From Azolla caroliniana (taxonomy: Eukaryota > Plantae > Polypodiophyta): a DNA stretch of 64,000 nt. This document shows positions 25,209 to 38,735 of the stretch, piece after piece. Each line of letters starts with the position of its first letter. Position 1 is the stretch's first letter. The notes below the pieces were generated by a model. The model did not search any database. It saw only the letters and a program-made list of their open reading frames with translations, and was not told where the DNA came from. The position numbers and the translations under genes were made by a program. The stretch covers positions 1,178,001 through 1,242,000 of the forward strand of contig JBHGNT010000018.1 of assembly GCA_043228905.1 (NCBI GenBank), given 5' to 3'.

Positions 25209-26159
25209 AAGTGGGAGGTCGAAGGGTTTTGGTGTGGGTGTGACCCATGGTCCCGATGTAGAAGGTACCCCAACCATAGCTTCCAGGCGGCGTAGCTCAC
25301 GTTCCCTTATTTTCTTAATTGCTTCTACACCACATCGAGTTGCTTTGAAACCCGGAATCCGAGGGCGTTTGGTTCTTCTTTGGTTTTCTGCTTCATCAAG
25401 GAAGAGGCCAAGTGGTGCAAGTGTGTCCACATTCGTCGTATCCCCGTCCCTGAAAAACTTCATTTGTTACATGTTGGTGAATATTAGAAACGTTATTGTC
25501 AACATTTTGAAGTATATTCTCTCTATGTTGTTTTAGCTCTCAGATATATGTATTAGAGACTTGACATGAGCTATTCAAATGAGCATTCATTCAATCTTTA
25601 TTGTCAGAGTGTTTGTCTTTCATACACGGATTCTTAACATTGCTTGGTTATCTTTAGCTAGAAACATATGATACTAAAATTCCTATTCAAAGCTCAACAA
25701 AGTAGGCAATCTTCTAGGATAGGTGCACTTTTGTGAGAACAAACAATGGTTTAGCATGTAAAGGGCAAATGATGATTTAATTTACCCGACTCTACACAAC
25801 AGAAGGATTGTCATAAAGCTTATGTTTTTTAATTTGTAACCTATACATCTCAAGTTAAAAATCAAAATCTCGAAAATAATAAAAGTTTAAACAATTCATT
25901 CTATGCAACTCAATTTTTTCATATTTTATGCCAAATTATGTATGATGTGTGAAAGTGAGGTTTAAATGAGTGTTGGATTCTAGATATTTAGAACTTTTGT
26001 CTCGAAATGCCTATCACAATCATTTGATATTTACACGTGTGTAAACTCAAGGCTACTCTTCAATATTCATTATCAAACATGTCTATTACCTTTCATAGTC
26101 TTGACTAAAACTATGTTATCATTATATTATTCAATATACACACATACATTCTAGTAATG

Positions 26160-26472
26160 TGGTAAGACGTGGCTTGGAAACATCACACGATGTTTCCCGT
26201 ACTTGAAACACATTGCTTTTTTACCACAAGAATTGCACTTCGTTGAACAAAAAGTGAGGCAGTTTTTACACATCTTAAACTTCATTGTAAAGTTGTATAA
26301 CATTTTCCTTAGTGATAAATGGCATCTTTGAAATGAAGATGGTAAGATGTGGCTTGGAAACATCACACGATGTTTCACGTACTTGAAACACATTGCCTTT
26401 GGCCGCAAGAATGGCACTTTGTTGAGCAAAAAATGAGGCAATTTTTACACATCTTAAACTTCATTGTAAAGC
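26160..26472. repeat. 180-bp tandem duplication (~1.7 copies)
   Basis: tggtaaga.gtggcttggaaacatcacacgatgtttc at 26160 and 26340. Confidence 0.9.
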
Positions 26473-26642
26473 GATAACATCATGTCATGACATCTTTGAA
26501 ATGAAGTCAATGGCGATTTCTTCTTCTATGAATGTTTGCCATAGACAAAAGAGATTTTTCTCTAGATTTATTCCATTATTCAAAATGAATAACAACACTT
26601 CACCAATTCTGTTGTTCAAGAGAAAATGTGACAAAGAGATCA

Positions 26643-29600
26643 CTATTGCTTGTTAGCACTGTTCCGACCAGATTGAGCCCAATACTCGGCAACCAAGAGT
26701 GCGAATAATGATGTTTTTTGCTCAATTAATTTCTTCGGAGAATCAAACTCCATAGCAACCCCTAAGCAGAGTAAGGAAAGGGAAAGAACAATTATCAACA
26801 TGTCCATAATGGATCAAAATGAGCCCAGAGGCCTAGGATGGGGTTATGAATGTACAATGTATGTATGCATGGCATGTAAGCGTACGTACATCATATATGA
26901 GCATGTGTTGATACATGCATGCTCACATGTGTACATCATACATTCATGTATGTATGTATGCATGTATGTATGTATGTATGTATGTATGTATGTATGTATG
27001 TATGTATGTATACCAAATGTAGGTGTCTATGTGTATATGTATTTATGTGTGTATGTATGTATGTATACCAAATGTAGGTGTCTATGTGTATATGTATTTA
27101 TGTGTGTATGTATGTATGTATACCAAATGTAGGTGTCTATGTGTATATGTATTTATGTGTGTATGTATGTATGTATACCAAATGTATGTGTCTGTATGTA
27201 TATGTATGTATGTACACCATATGAATAATGTATGCATGTATTCATAATGTGTATGTATGTATACCAAATGTATGTGTCTGTATGTATATGTATGTATCTA
27301 CATCATATGAATAATGTATGTGTGTGTATGTATGTATGTATGTGCATACATACATACACACCATATGAATAATGTGTGTATATGTATATGCATGTTATGT
27401 GTAAATGTATGTATGTATGTATGTATGTATGTATGTATGTATGCTGCATGCATGCATGGATGTATGTATGTATGTGAATGTATGTATGTATGTATGTATG
27501 CATACCATCTCGGAGAGCGAGCACCATGTCGCTATCAATGACAGTGGGGATGCGATGGGCCACAGTGATGACACTGCATGTACCAAACTCTTCTCTGATG
27601 ACACCTTGGAGCAATGCATCAGTTGCAGAGTCAATGGAAGCAGTGGCCTCATCCAAGACCAACACTTTGCTCTGCTTCAATAGCACCCTCCCCAAACAGA
27701 ACAACTGCCTTTGCCCAGCACTCCAGTTCTCTCCTTGATCGCTCACTGCAGGAAACGAACAAGAAAACCCATAGCCAAAACAAAACCAGATGCTATAAAA
27801 ACAGAAGAAAAACAACGCAAGTGAGTTCTATTAGAAAAGAGGGTACATATGCTGATTATATCTTTTCAGTGGGTAGAGAGGTGAATTTCTCAGAGCTATT
27901 TCTTTTTCGGCACAAACTTTTCACATATGAATTAGAATTAGATAACCATTTTAGCCAATTCTGATAGATTAATTTTTTTAGCTGTGATTTCCGGTAATGA
28001 AAAATCATAAAGTTTGATGTCAGATTCTTCTCAAAGTGAAAAACTGAGAGATTAAATGTGCAAAACCAATGTCTATCTTTTCGAGAGACTTGGATGGAAA
28101 TGGAACTAGGCCTAGTATAAAGCCATTTCCTTATAGAACATGTTTTTTACTAGAACTCCTTAGCTTAAGTTCTATTTATTTATTTTACTTTCAATGAATG
28201 GGTAAATACCCCATTTTTGTTGTAAACCAATTGTCTCATGGACCAATTTTGGTCTTAGAAGAAAGACGTTAATATATCTTTCTTTCTTTCTCAACACATG
28301 GAAGTGATTCAAAATAGGTGTATGGATTCAGGCAAGAAGTGAATATATATTATATATACCTGGAGACTCGAGGCCAAGGGGCAGCTTTTCTATAATATCT
28401 GCTAGCTGGGACCTCTTCAATGCCTGAATCATATAGATCTCTGTCTTTTAGTTTTTTGGGTGGAAACACATAATTAGATTCATGAACACACAAGTGTGAA
28501 GAATTCACCTCCCAAATGTTGATGTCTGAGTATTGGTTCAGTGGGTCTAGGTTGGTTCTCACCGTCCCTTGGAACAAGACTGGCTCTTGAGGTATGATCC
28601 CTAGTTTAAATCTAAGATCATGCAGGCCGATCGAACAAATGTCGATGCCATCAATGAGAATCCTGCCATTACAAGGCTCCACGAGTCGGAAAAGCGCACT
28701 GATGAGTGTTGTCTTCCCGCTCCCTGTCCGACCCACCACTCCTACTTTCTGACCTCCGCGGAAAGTGCACGTTATGCCTTTGAGCACCAAAGGAGAGTTT
28801 GGTCGATACCGAATCTACAACCAGTCAATATCAGTTTTAAGTACCAAATGGAGAAGACCTTACTCGTTTCAATTCTAAAATAATGTAATGTGACTTCTAC
28901 AGAGTTCTTCATCATACTCTAGAAGCATTAACCGGATACTTTGGGTCAGTTAATTTGAGCATACAAATAGCAAACACCTACTTCTAGATGATCAAGGCAA
29001 ACTTCTCCATTGGACGGCCATTCAGGTGGAGGCCTGTTGGATTCGATCACTGCCGGAGCCTCCCTTGGAAGATCTAAATATTGTTTAATTCTTTCCACCG
29101 ATAAAACATAAATTGCCAGAAAGCATCGCCAGATCGAGAACACGGCTAACGAGCTGCCCAATGCAAGGGCGTAGGTGACTGCTAATCCTGCAAGCCCTGC
29201 ACAATTCAAAAGGCAATTAAGGTTTCTCGAAAAAGGCATTCCATTTTCCATGATCCAAGAGGAACACAATATCCTTGCATTTTTGAGCAATCAGATTTTC
29301 AATTCAAGATCATAACGCTAAATATTTCACCTGACTTCATGAATACAAGGGTTGAAAACAATAGCATTAATTTTCCACACCTCGCTCAAATGCCCAAACT
29401 AAGGAACCCATGTTAAAACATCATTGCCATAAAATTCTAGTTTGAAGAGAGGTATCAGAAACATTACATTCAAGAATATTGACTCCTCAGAATTCATTTT
29501 CCACAACCCAAGAGTTGAAAACCATAGCACCACGTAGATGAGTGCACCGGAAGCATCGTGTTCATAGAGGTGATTCATGGTTATTAGAAATTACCTCCTG

Positions 29601-32600
29601 AGATGCTCCTTTGGAATAGGACCAGAGATGATGCCGCAATGAGGACACATGTACAGCCCAGCTCGATTCGGAGAACCATCCATTCTAGAGCTGCAAATTT
29701 GTAGATGTATGCACTCACATCTCGATCGATGAGCTCTAAATTGCGCTTCCGAAACCTCTCTGTCTGCTTGAACGCCCTTATGGTTGCACTCCCTGAAATT
29801 GTCTCAGCAGAGTTATTGATGATAGGCGCTTTTGTTACAGAGTTAATCCTGTTTAGCTCTCGGGCAGCCATTCCATAATATCTCTGCAAAAACCAACAAA
29901 TTAACACAAATCTTGTCATTGGGAAAAAAAGGAAGAAGGGACAGGAGTAAACTAATTTTTATGGCCTTACCTGGAGAAAATGAGTTATAACAATCAATGG
30001 TAGTAGTATCAGTATGATTTGCCATGTGACAATGCATGTGACAACAATGATGCATAAAACATCAAACGCAGTGCCCAAAAGTGCTGAATTTGCAAAGGGT
30101 ATGTCGAGGTCGATCACACTCATATCCACCGCTGCCTGTATCAATACATTACGAACAGTTTATGTAGTGTTCATTGACCTCAATCTGGATGAGCTAGAGT
30201 TGTTTAAGCATTCACTAGAACAATCTTTATGTAGTCACTTAATCTATTCGCAGATAGTAGAGATCATGTACCCGGTTGAGGATTCTCCCTGATGGAGTGG
30301 CATCGAAGAAGGACATGGGAGCTTTCATGATGCATGACATCAATTTTTGGAAGAACAATTTGGATGCTCGCAAGCCAAGCTGCACAATCATCTCGCTACG
30401 TAGCACGAAAGCAAGCACACAAATGGCAGAGATCCCTGAGTATACACCCACAACAACCTCTGACGAAATACTCGAGTTCGAGACTCCTTGTGCTAACCAT
30501 AGATTGCTATAAACCTGAGCCCCAGAGAATAGAACTTGTGATAAAAGCATGATGACCACAAAACCATACCCTTTCGAAATTCGAACATAGTTAAGGTATG
30601 GTGCCAACCCTTCATTTCCCGTCTCCACAGATTCATTCTGCACTAGTTGTGTGGATTGTGTTGGCTGCACAATCTCAGTTAACGATTCCTCTCGACTTAA
30701 CCTCTTTTGTATCTTCTTGAATTGATCTTCGTTTCCGCGAGTTTTGTCCTCGTGGTCTTTGTTTTCGGTCATTACGGTTTGCAGCGCCTCTTCATGTGCC
30801 GAGACAAGCTCCCGAAAAACATCACCAGCTGAAAACAAATCGTTGTAGGTTCCGGCCTGCTTTATCTTCCCCTCATGCATCACCTTTATGCACAAAATTT
30901 GGCTACAGGATCAGAAAATGTACAAAACAACTATTTTTACCCCTGCATTATTTTGACATACAAAGTTACTGTAACGTTTGCATTGCTAAGATTGGCAAAA
31001 ATGGAATTTAGAGCAGATTAGAAGGGTGATAGTTACTCACCAAAATGGTATCCACAGAGGGCAAAAACTCAACTTGATGTGTGACTAGCACTACTGTTTT
31101 GTCTCTAAGCGCTCCCATCACACAATCCTGTCACATGAAGCAAAATGGATCTTCACTAAAAGCAATATATAGGGGAACAAATCACAAACTCTAACCCCAA
31201 ATGTTCCCAGAAGAGAGTTTTTACATGGAACAAGATTGATGCTGTTTGTGCATCAACAGCACTGAAGGGATCATCAAGCAAGTAAATATCAGCATCATTG
31301 TAAACAGCTCTTGCGAGCTGAATTCGCTGCTTCTGCCCGCCACTCAGATTGACCCCCCTCTCTCCAATTTCAGTTAGATCCCCATGACTGAAGTTCTTTA
31401 CATCTTCCTCGAGCGCGCATGCTTTCATTACTCTCTTATAACGAGCCTTATCATACGGTTTCCCGAACAAGATGTTGTCTTGAACCGTCAATGTTTGAAT
31501 CCATGCAGTCTGAGATACATAGGCAACGCGACCAGACATTTGTACCTGTGACATTGGTCTCAAAATATGAGCACATACTTGACACACATCATGTACACAT
31601 GCTGAAACCATAACAGTGACATATTCTCGTCGGTCATGGTTATCCAAAGGAGTCATCATGAGCGTACATAACCATAACTTAGCACTAAATATGCACTTGC
31701 GGAGCCAAATTAAGGCCAGACTATGCTATATGCAAACCTAGGTCTATGTCTACCCAGACAGCCAATGCTTGAATTGAAGAGATGGATCGACCTCATCCGC
31801 CTAGCCTATAGACTGGGGTTATGCATATGCTCACAATACTTACAAGAGAAATCTCACTTACCGAACCAGATAACTTGGGAATCTCGCCGAGAAGTGCAAG
31901 TAGGAGCGATGTCTTGCCCGCACCTACAGCTCCACAGACAGCAACCTTTTCCCCCTGCTTTACCACCAGGTTAAGATCCTCAAGAGAAGGCTTAACAAGG
32001 CCTTCAGGATCCCAGCTGAGAGTAGCATTATCCACTCGGATTCTATATAAATCCAGTGTTGAATAAGCCCCATTTGTAGAGTCGGTGATAAGAGATTCAT
32101 CAACAGGCAGTTCGTCCTCTTGCAAGAACTTCTGGAGACGATCAAATGAGATTTGAGCTTGTATGAAAGTGGCCAACACTTCTGGTGCCATTCTCACAGG
32201 ATCTTGAATGATCCGAAAAGTCGCTAAAATCGTGAACACTATTGTGGATGTGAGAGTTTTCCCCAGCAAAAGGCTTGAGATCAACACCGCACATGTGAGA
32301 ACTGTAGGCATAAGCCAATAGATGTTAGTGGTATAGTTCCTCTTATGTTGTGTATCGGCAAGGTAATCATACTCGGAATGTCTTTTAAGCTGGATGAAGG
32401 CATCGAATTTTTCCTCCCAAGCTTGCAATTTGATGATTTTCATGCCTTGCAGGACCTCAGTGGTGGTCCTTAATCTCTCGTCTTGGGTAGACATAAACTT
32501 CAGTTGGGCGATTTGCATTGATTTAATGAGGGGAGAGACAGCCCCCATAATGACCACCACAAGGATAGCAGCTGGGAGAGTGGACATGCCCACCACAGAG

Positions 32601-33298
32601 AATGAGATTGACATGGCACCAATGAATATCACTATGACTACCCAAGACCAATGAAAACGCCAAGCAAACTCCAACAATCTATGCACATCTACAGATATAT
32701 AGTTCACTATCTCACCAACTCCATGGTTTCTCCTACCTTTGCTAGATAGTTTTAGCTCCTTTTGATACACCGCCCCCATGATAATGGATTGTATTTTCCC
32801 TCCCAAAACCCTAACTCCAAAATACCAATGCCTCTGGCCTAAATTCTCAATTAATTTCAAGAAAGCTAAGGAGACCACAAGGATTGGACCTTCATTCTTG
32901 AATAGCTCATTTCCAGAAGCATAATCTACAAAGAAATAGAGGAAAATGGGGCCTGAGAGGACGCCCACACCTTTAAGAATAGCAAAGAACCCTGTTTTAA
33001 GTATGTCTTTCCATAGGCATTTCCAAAGAGCCTTCACAATAGAGCGTTCTCCATTGCTCTGCTCTTCCCAGGCTTGAAGAAACAGTTCAACAAGAACCTC
33101 TGACTTGCAAGAAGATGGGGCAGGAGGGAGGTCCTGGAGATCAAGGACTTTGCTGTTCCCCAACTTTAGAACAGGAAATGGGAAATAGAAAAAGAGGAAG
33201 CTGAACCAGCTACAATTAGTGAAGTAATCAGGGGTAGCGCTAGAATTGTGCCGCTGAAGTAGGGGTTCTTTTATCTGTGACGTTGAGGGCGGTGCCAT
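26643..33298 (-). CDS. ABCC: ABC transporter subfamily C (MRP), 11 exons, 1284 aa, TMD1-NBD1-TMD2-NBD2
   Basis: Exons 33298-31862, 31545-31225, 31127-31041, 30883-30272, 30135-29971, 29883-29595, 29196-28982, 28814-28509, 28423-28360, 27745-27506, 26761-26643. All introns GT-AG, total 3855 nt in frame. [20 protein letters not shown]; [20 protein letters not shown]. Confidence 0.93.
26857..27505. repeat. (TATG)n microsatellite field in the last ABCC intron
   Basis: Long TATG runs with ~55-bp higher-order units (taccaaatgtaggtgtctatgtg...). Confidence 0.95.
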
Positions 33299-33534
33299 TG
33301 GTTTTCTTGCCGGATCTTACTCTGTGTCTGTCGTGCAGAGAGGAACGGCTATGGCTATGGCTATGGCTGTGGTGGTTAAGCTTTGTCGGTTCCAGAGCTA
33401 TACTGGCTCTGTTTCTGATGGTGGAAAGATTAATGACGATGGATGGCTATGGAGGAGAAGCTGCAAATGAGATAAAAAGTGTTGGGGTGTGTGTGAGTGG
33501 TACTGGTTGCATTGCAGAAAGGAGAGGAGGGGTT

Positions 33535-34365
33535 CCATCTTCTTCATCATCATCATCATCATCTTCTTCTTCTTATAGGAAGCTCGGTAGGTAGTGATTG
33601 ATTGCCATAGCTTTGACTTGAATGGCGGTTTTAAAGGTGATTCTGCTGTTTCCTCAGTACACTGAAGCAGAAGCAGGAAGAAGAAGAAGAGATGGTGAAG
33701 AAGAAGAAGAAGAAGAAGAAGAAGCAAGGATTGCATGCAGATGTCTTAATCTCATCATTTCATTTCATTTCATTTGCATTTCATTTCATTTCATTTGCAT
33801 TTATTGGAAGCAAAGGATTTCACAGGATGAATGGATGGTTGGATGCATTGCATTGCATGTATGGATGGGTACAGTGAAAATTTCAGAGTTTCATTGGATG
33901 GATGGATGCATATATGCATAGTATGAACCATACGCACCATACGAGCATTCGCATTCGCGAATGTTTCTATCATTGAAGTATGGTTATCACCCTCAAAGTA
34001 GGGCAAATACCATACTTTGGTATTCATTATTTTATTATAAGGTAAATTTTCTTTTAAGGCATGAAAGTTAAGGTAAAAAGTGTAATAAATATAAAAAAAA
34101 CATAAGAATGTTTTGATTACATATGCATGGATGGATACGTGGATACCTGGATGGGATGGATACATGTATAACTGGATGGGATGGATGCATACATGAATGG
34201 ATGGATACAATGAAAACATTCGGAATTTCATTGCATTGCATGGATGGGATGGATGCATGCATGCATGCATGCATGGAACACATGATGGGCAATCCTTCAT
34301 CACGTGGATAAAGAATTTACATGGGATGGATGGGATACATACATGCTTAGATGGATGGATCACAT
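33535..34365. repeat. Simple repeats upstream of ABCC: (TCA/TCT)n, (GAA)n, (CATTT)n, (TGGA)n
   Basis: Directly visible; probable 5' UTR and promoter region. Confidence 0.85.
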
Positions 34366-34631
34366 GATGGGCAATCGATCCTCCATCATGTGGATAAAGA
34401 ATTTGTTGGTTCTCCTTTTTCCATACTATTGACCAACCACCCCCCACCCCCCTTCCCTTTGTCTTCTCAATCTCAATCTCAATCACAATCACAATCACTC
34501 CTGCTCATAATGGTTAATGAACAGTGGTTAATGAACGGGAATGCGACAAGAGGTTTGTAAAAAAGCATACCCATTATAATGGACAAAGGGATTAAGCCAC
34601 ATTCATTAAATATAGAAGTTCTACTCTTTGC

Positions 34632-34669
<38 letters not shown>

Positions 34670-34711
34670 TTTTGTAAATAATGGCTTTCATTACGAAACA
34701 AAAAACACCAT

Positions 34712-34850
34712 CATGACTAACTTACTACAAAGTATAGAACCCTTCTATCTTGGGATCTAAAGAATACTACGACACCAAACTCAATGCCACCCTACACACC
34801 AATTCAAATGGCGAGTATGATGATATGTGACCTTGCAAAGTTCTCTCTCT
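34712..34850 (+). repeat. ~140-bp fragment of the element C LTR
   Basis: Near-identical to ~19218-19356 (ctacgacaccaaactcaatgccaccctacacaccaattcaaa). Confidence 0.9.
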
Positions 34851-34869
34851 TCCTGGTTGAGATTTCGTG

Positions 34870-34915
<46 letters not shown>

Positions 34916-36424
34916 GTATAAATTGCTCTCTCAGAGTCATTATGTGCACTCTAAATTCCATGAATTAGTAAAGTTTAAAACATGAAGAGTCGTCACCAAC
35001 TTTTACATGTATTATGTGAAAATAAATGTTTTATCAAATAAAATGAAAATTCAAAAAAGTGGAACATAGTGGCCCTTTGGATAGACCTACATCTCCGAAA
35101 ACATACTTTCCCTCTTTGTTGGTATGGTGTGCCTTACCCCTCCTCAAGGTGCCACGTTTGTCTTCAATTGAATTTTACAATAATTGGCATTCTAAATTGC
35201 CACTTCGAACAAAGGGCTTCATTTGGAGAGTATTGATTACGGATTTTTTTATTTTTTCCAATAAAATTTTATTCTTCATTCATAGAAATTTTGCATACAT
35301 GACGAAATGATTAAGCTGAAAACATTACAATAGTTCTAGCCATGATGATTTTACATTGGGATAAACTCTAAAGAGACGAAGAGACGTGCATTAGCAACAT
35401 GCAATTAATTCTTTTGCATTTTTCAAACAGAAAATAATTCTCGTCGTTTCATACAATGTCTAATTGCTCATTAGATTTGGGTTTGCATTTTTGGCACGTT
35501 TATGTTGCATTCTTATTTGACATCAATGGAATGGGTGTTCAAACAATTCACATTGATTGACGTGAAACCACAATATGGGGGATTTTATCATGATTGGCAT
35601 GTACACAATTTGTACATGATGATAGGGATGGAGTTAGAGCAAATATACAAAAGTTAAAGGGAGTACAAAGGTGGTACTTTTGGTTTTTGGAGCAAGTTCA
35701 ATATACTGCAACGAGTCTATCATGGACATTAAAAAATCAATCAATCTTTTATCGTTTGTAATTACCTTCCCCTATTGGCAAGTTATTAGACCATTGATCC
35801 TAGTTTCTACTTCAAGGCTCAACTTTCACACCTCTCAATTACTTCCTAGATGATAGTGAAATGTAGGGGTTGAACGCACAAGGTTCAATGCTCAACTTTC
35901 ACACCTCTTTATTGCATTATGCATAATACATCTTTTTCTTAATTACTAGATACCAACCACTATGGACTCTAAGGGTGAATGCATAACCTCCTCCTAGTCT
36001 TGTTGAAGAAAGACAACTTTACCAACTAAGCTTTATCCATTTGGGCCTTCACAAAACATGGTTCTCTACGGAAACATATGAATGTTCATGGAGAGAAGCA
36101 ATTCATTTGTCATTTGTGAAGGTTGTGCAAAGGTAGTTTCCAATAAAAACTTGTTGTGCATTTACTACTATTGATGTTTTTAGCATGTGAAATTATGTAA
36201 ATGTAGAATTGTACATCCAACTATTTCTTTCGATGTGCAGATATTGTGGCAGTCACATGGACCACACCCAATTTAGGCCTCTACCAAGCCCTCATAATTA
36301 GATGAGCTAATTGGAGCTGGGGAACACCCTCCACGCTAAGAGTAGTCTATAAAATGTAACTTGGAACGTAATGGAAAAGGAGGCTATTCTTGAGAGCATT
36401 TCACATCTTGAGCATTTCACATCT

Positions 36425-36441
36425 TGATGGAGAAGACGGGC
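36425..36441 (+). promoter_or_regulatory. Degenerate PBS of F, tRNA-Ala-like
   Basis: TGATGGAGAAGACGGGC resembles TGGTGGAGA..., the complement of the tRNA-Ala 3' end. Confidence 0.45.
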
Positions 36442-37295
36442 AAAGCAACCCCAACAGCACACGCCCTGATGCAACACGGCAACAACGGCGGCAACGCAAA
36501 CTCAATGAATCCGGAATTCCTACAACAACAAATTCAAGAACATCAACCCACATCGCCAATCGACCAACTAGTTCAAGCCCTATCCAACATTATTTTACAA
36601 GTTAACCATACTAACCAAGCCATGTTGTCATTTCTTTCAGCACGATCCAAGCGACAACAGAATCTCCAGGACCCTCGAGTTCGCCAAAAACCATTCTCCG
36701 GCCTACCATCGGAAGACATCCTCTCTTGGCTGGATCATTTCGAAATGGTGGCTAGTTACCACCAGTGGCCACACCCCCAGAAGGCAATGGAAATGAAGAC
36801 ACTCCTTGAGAATATCGCAACAACATGGCTCGTCCAACAACCCGAAGAGACACGCAACGACTGGGATCTGTTACAGGCAGCCATGATTCGGAATTTTGCT
36901 CATCAAGACTCTCGCCAAACGGCCCTACAACAGCTCGAGTCACTTGCCCAACAACCACGTGAACCCATCACCCAGTTCGTGGTTCGGTTTGTGTAGATCC
37001 TACGTCGGGTTGACGCCAACATGTCGGAAGACATGAAATTGTTTTCCTTTTGGCCGCGTATACGACATGACCTCCGTCGTCGTGTACGCGATCAAGGCCC
37101 AACGACACTACACGAAGCCATCCTCACCGCCCAACGCATCGAAGCTGCAAACGCGCACGACATGCACACACCAAGTAATCTCAGTCACGATCATACAAAC
37201 ACTATGCCAGTGCCACTCCCATGGACATCGACGTCCAAAACGCGCAATTACGCGCCAAGCGTGCATTGCCCGAACGAGACAGCCAAGGACGCCCC

Positions 37296-38244
37296 TGTTA
37301 AGGATTAGGTAATTAATTAGCGGCCGGTCGTGTTGACAGCGAACATTTTCTTTAAGTTCTCCCACGCCTCTTTAGGCGTCTTGAATGTGGCTAAGCATAT
37401 GGTCGTGGACACATGTTGCCAAGAAATACATTACCCGACTCGCTCCTTGCTCCCACGTTGGGTAGTTGGCGTTTGTGTTGTCGGGCTTGTTCTCGAGTGC
37501 GCCGTTGATGTAGCTCCAATACCCTTGGCCGACAAGGTATTGGGTCATCTTGTACTCCCAAGATGAATAATTGCTCCGGTCTAGCTTTTCGCTAGGGAGC
37601 GAGCTACCCATTTGTGTGTTGTTTTGTGTCTTCCTTGTTGGCTCTTCTTTCTTTGATCACGTACTTGTGCTACGTAGCGGCACTACGGTAGCAGATGACC
37701 GAAATTTGTCATCGGCGTTTTGAACACACAATCACGGAGTGTCGGGTGGGCTTAGTGGATATGCTAAACCACATGCTCTGATGCCATGTTAAAGATTAGG
37801 TAATTAATTAAGGATTAATTATTACCTAATTATGTGATTAAGTTAAGCGATTATGTAGCGGAAGATTAAGTGATATGTGTGTGTATGTATGTGTGAGAGG
37901 AAGAGAGAGAGAAGTACACTTATGAACACAAAAACAAGATGGGGGATGATAAAGTATATTAAAAGGTAAATATCATCAACTATCATCAAATACAAAAATA
38001 CCTTCAATGAGGTATATATAGGTTTCATGTGCAAGGGTGCACATGTGGTAGGAGAATATAGGTACAACGTGTATGTCCTATATTCAATGAGCATGGAGTG
38101 GTGGATCTACAATGTATCCCACTCGAGTACAAAATCCTATTTAAGGCTTTATGATCAACACACTAACTAGATTCTATCTAGGTAACTACTAAGTTACATG
38201 TGTTGATTAACTAACTAAACTAAGTTGAGCTTGATCTCTCAACA
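37296..38244 (-). mobile_element. Mini-Copia G: 5' LTR, Met PBS, start of gag, then last ~24 bp of the 3' LTR
   Basis: LTR 37787-38244; PBS 37775-37786; gag MGSSLPSEKLDRSNYSSW; TSD GCCCC/ACCCC, whose removal restores host GRPKCFYC. Confidence 0.88.
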
Positions 38245-38399
38245 ACCCCAAATGTTTCTACTGCAACAACTATGGCCACATTTGGCGTCACTACCGAAAA
38301 TGGCAAAATCACCAACAGAAGCAGAAAGTCCAATTAGCCGACGCTGCCTCCCTCTTTGAGCTCCCGAAAAACTAATGCGCAGGGTGCCGCAGGGAGAGC

Positions 38400-38735
38400 C
38401 GCCCCCGCACGTCCATGCCTCCACGCCATCAACTTCTCCTGTTTCTCCCACGATCGAGCCACCCCTGCACGTCCACGCCTCCACGTCATCAACTTCTCCC
38501 GTTTATACCACGATTGAGCCGACCTCGCATGTCCACGCCTCCACATCATCAACTTCGCCCGTTTGTACACGTCCACGCCTCCACGCCATCAACTTCTCCC
38601 GTTTCTCCCATGATCGAGCCACCCCCGCACGTCCACGCCTCCATGTCATCAACTTCTCCTGTTTATACCACGATCGAGCCGACCCCGCATGTCCACGCCT
38701 CCACGTCATCAACTTCGCCCGTTTGTACCACAATC
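38400..38735 (+). repeat. 60-bp tandem repeat (~5.7 units) between knuckle and protease of F
   Basis: Units at 38404, 38464, 38524, (short unit), 38624, 38684; encodes PPHVHASTSSTSPVYTTIEP-like 20-mers. Confidence 0.9.

Noticed and set aside
26800-27740. MYVC/HTYI-repeat ORFs (also 53457-53738, 33398-34500)
   Set aside because: Translations of microsatellites
33920-34120. Complete hAT insertion flanked by ATATGCAT direct repeats
   Set aside because: No matching TIR at the right end, and the 8-mer is common in the surrounding ATGC-rich repeats
35965-36035. tRNA/SINE on the minus strand (agcttagttggt A-box-like)
   Set aside because: No convincing B box, cloverleaf, tail or TSD
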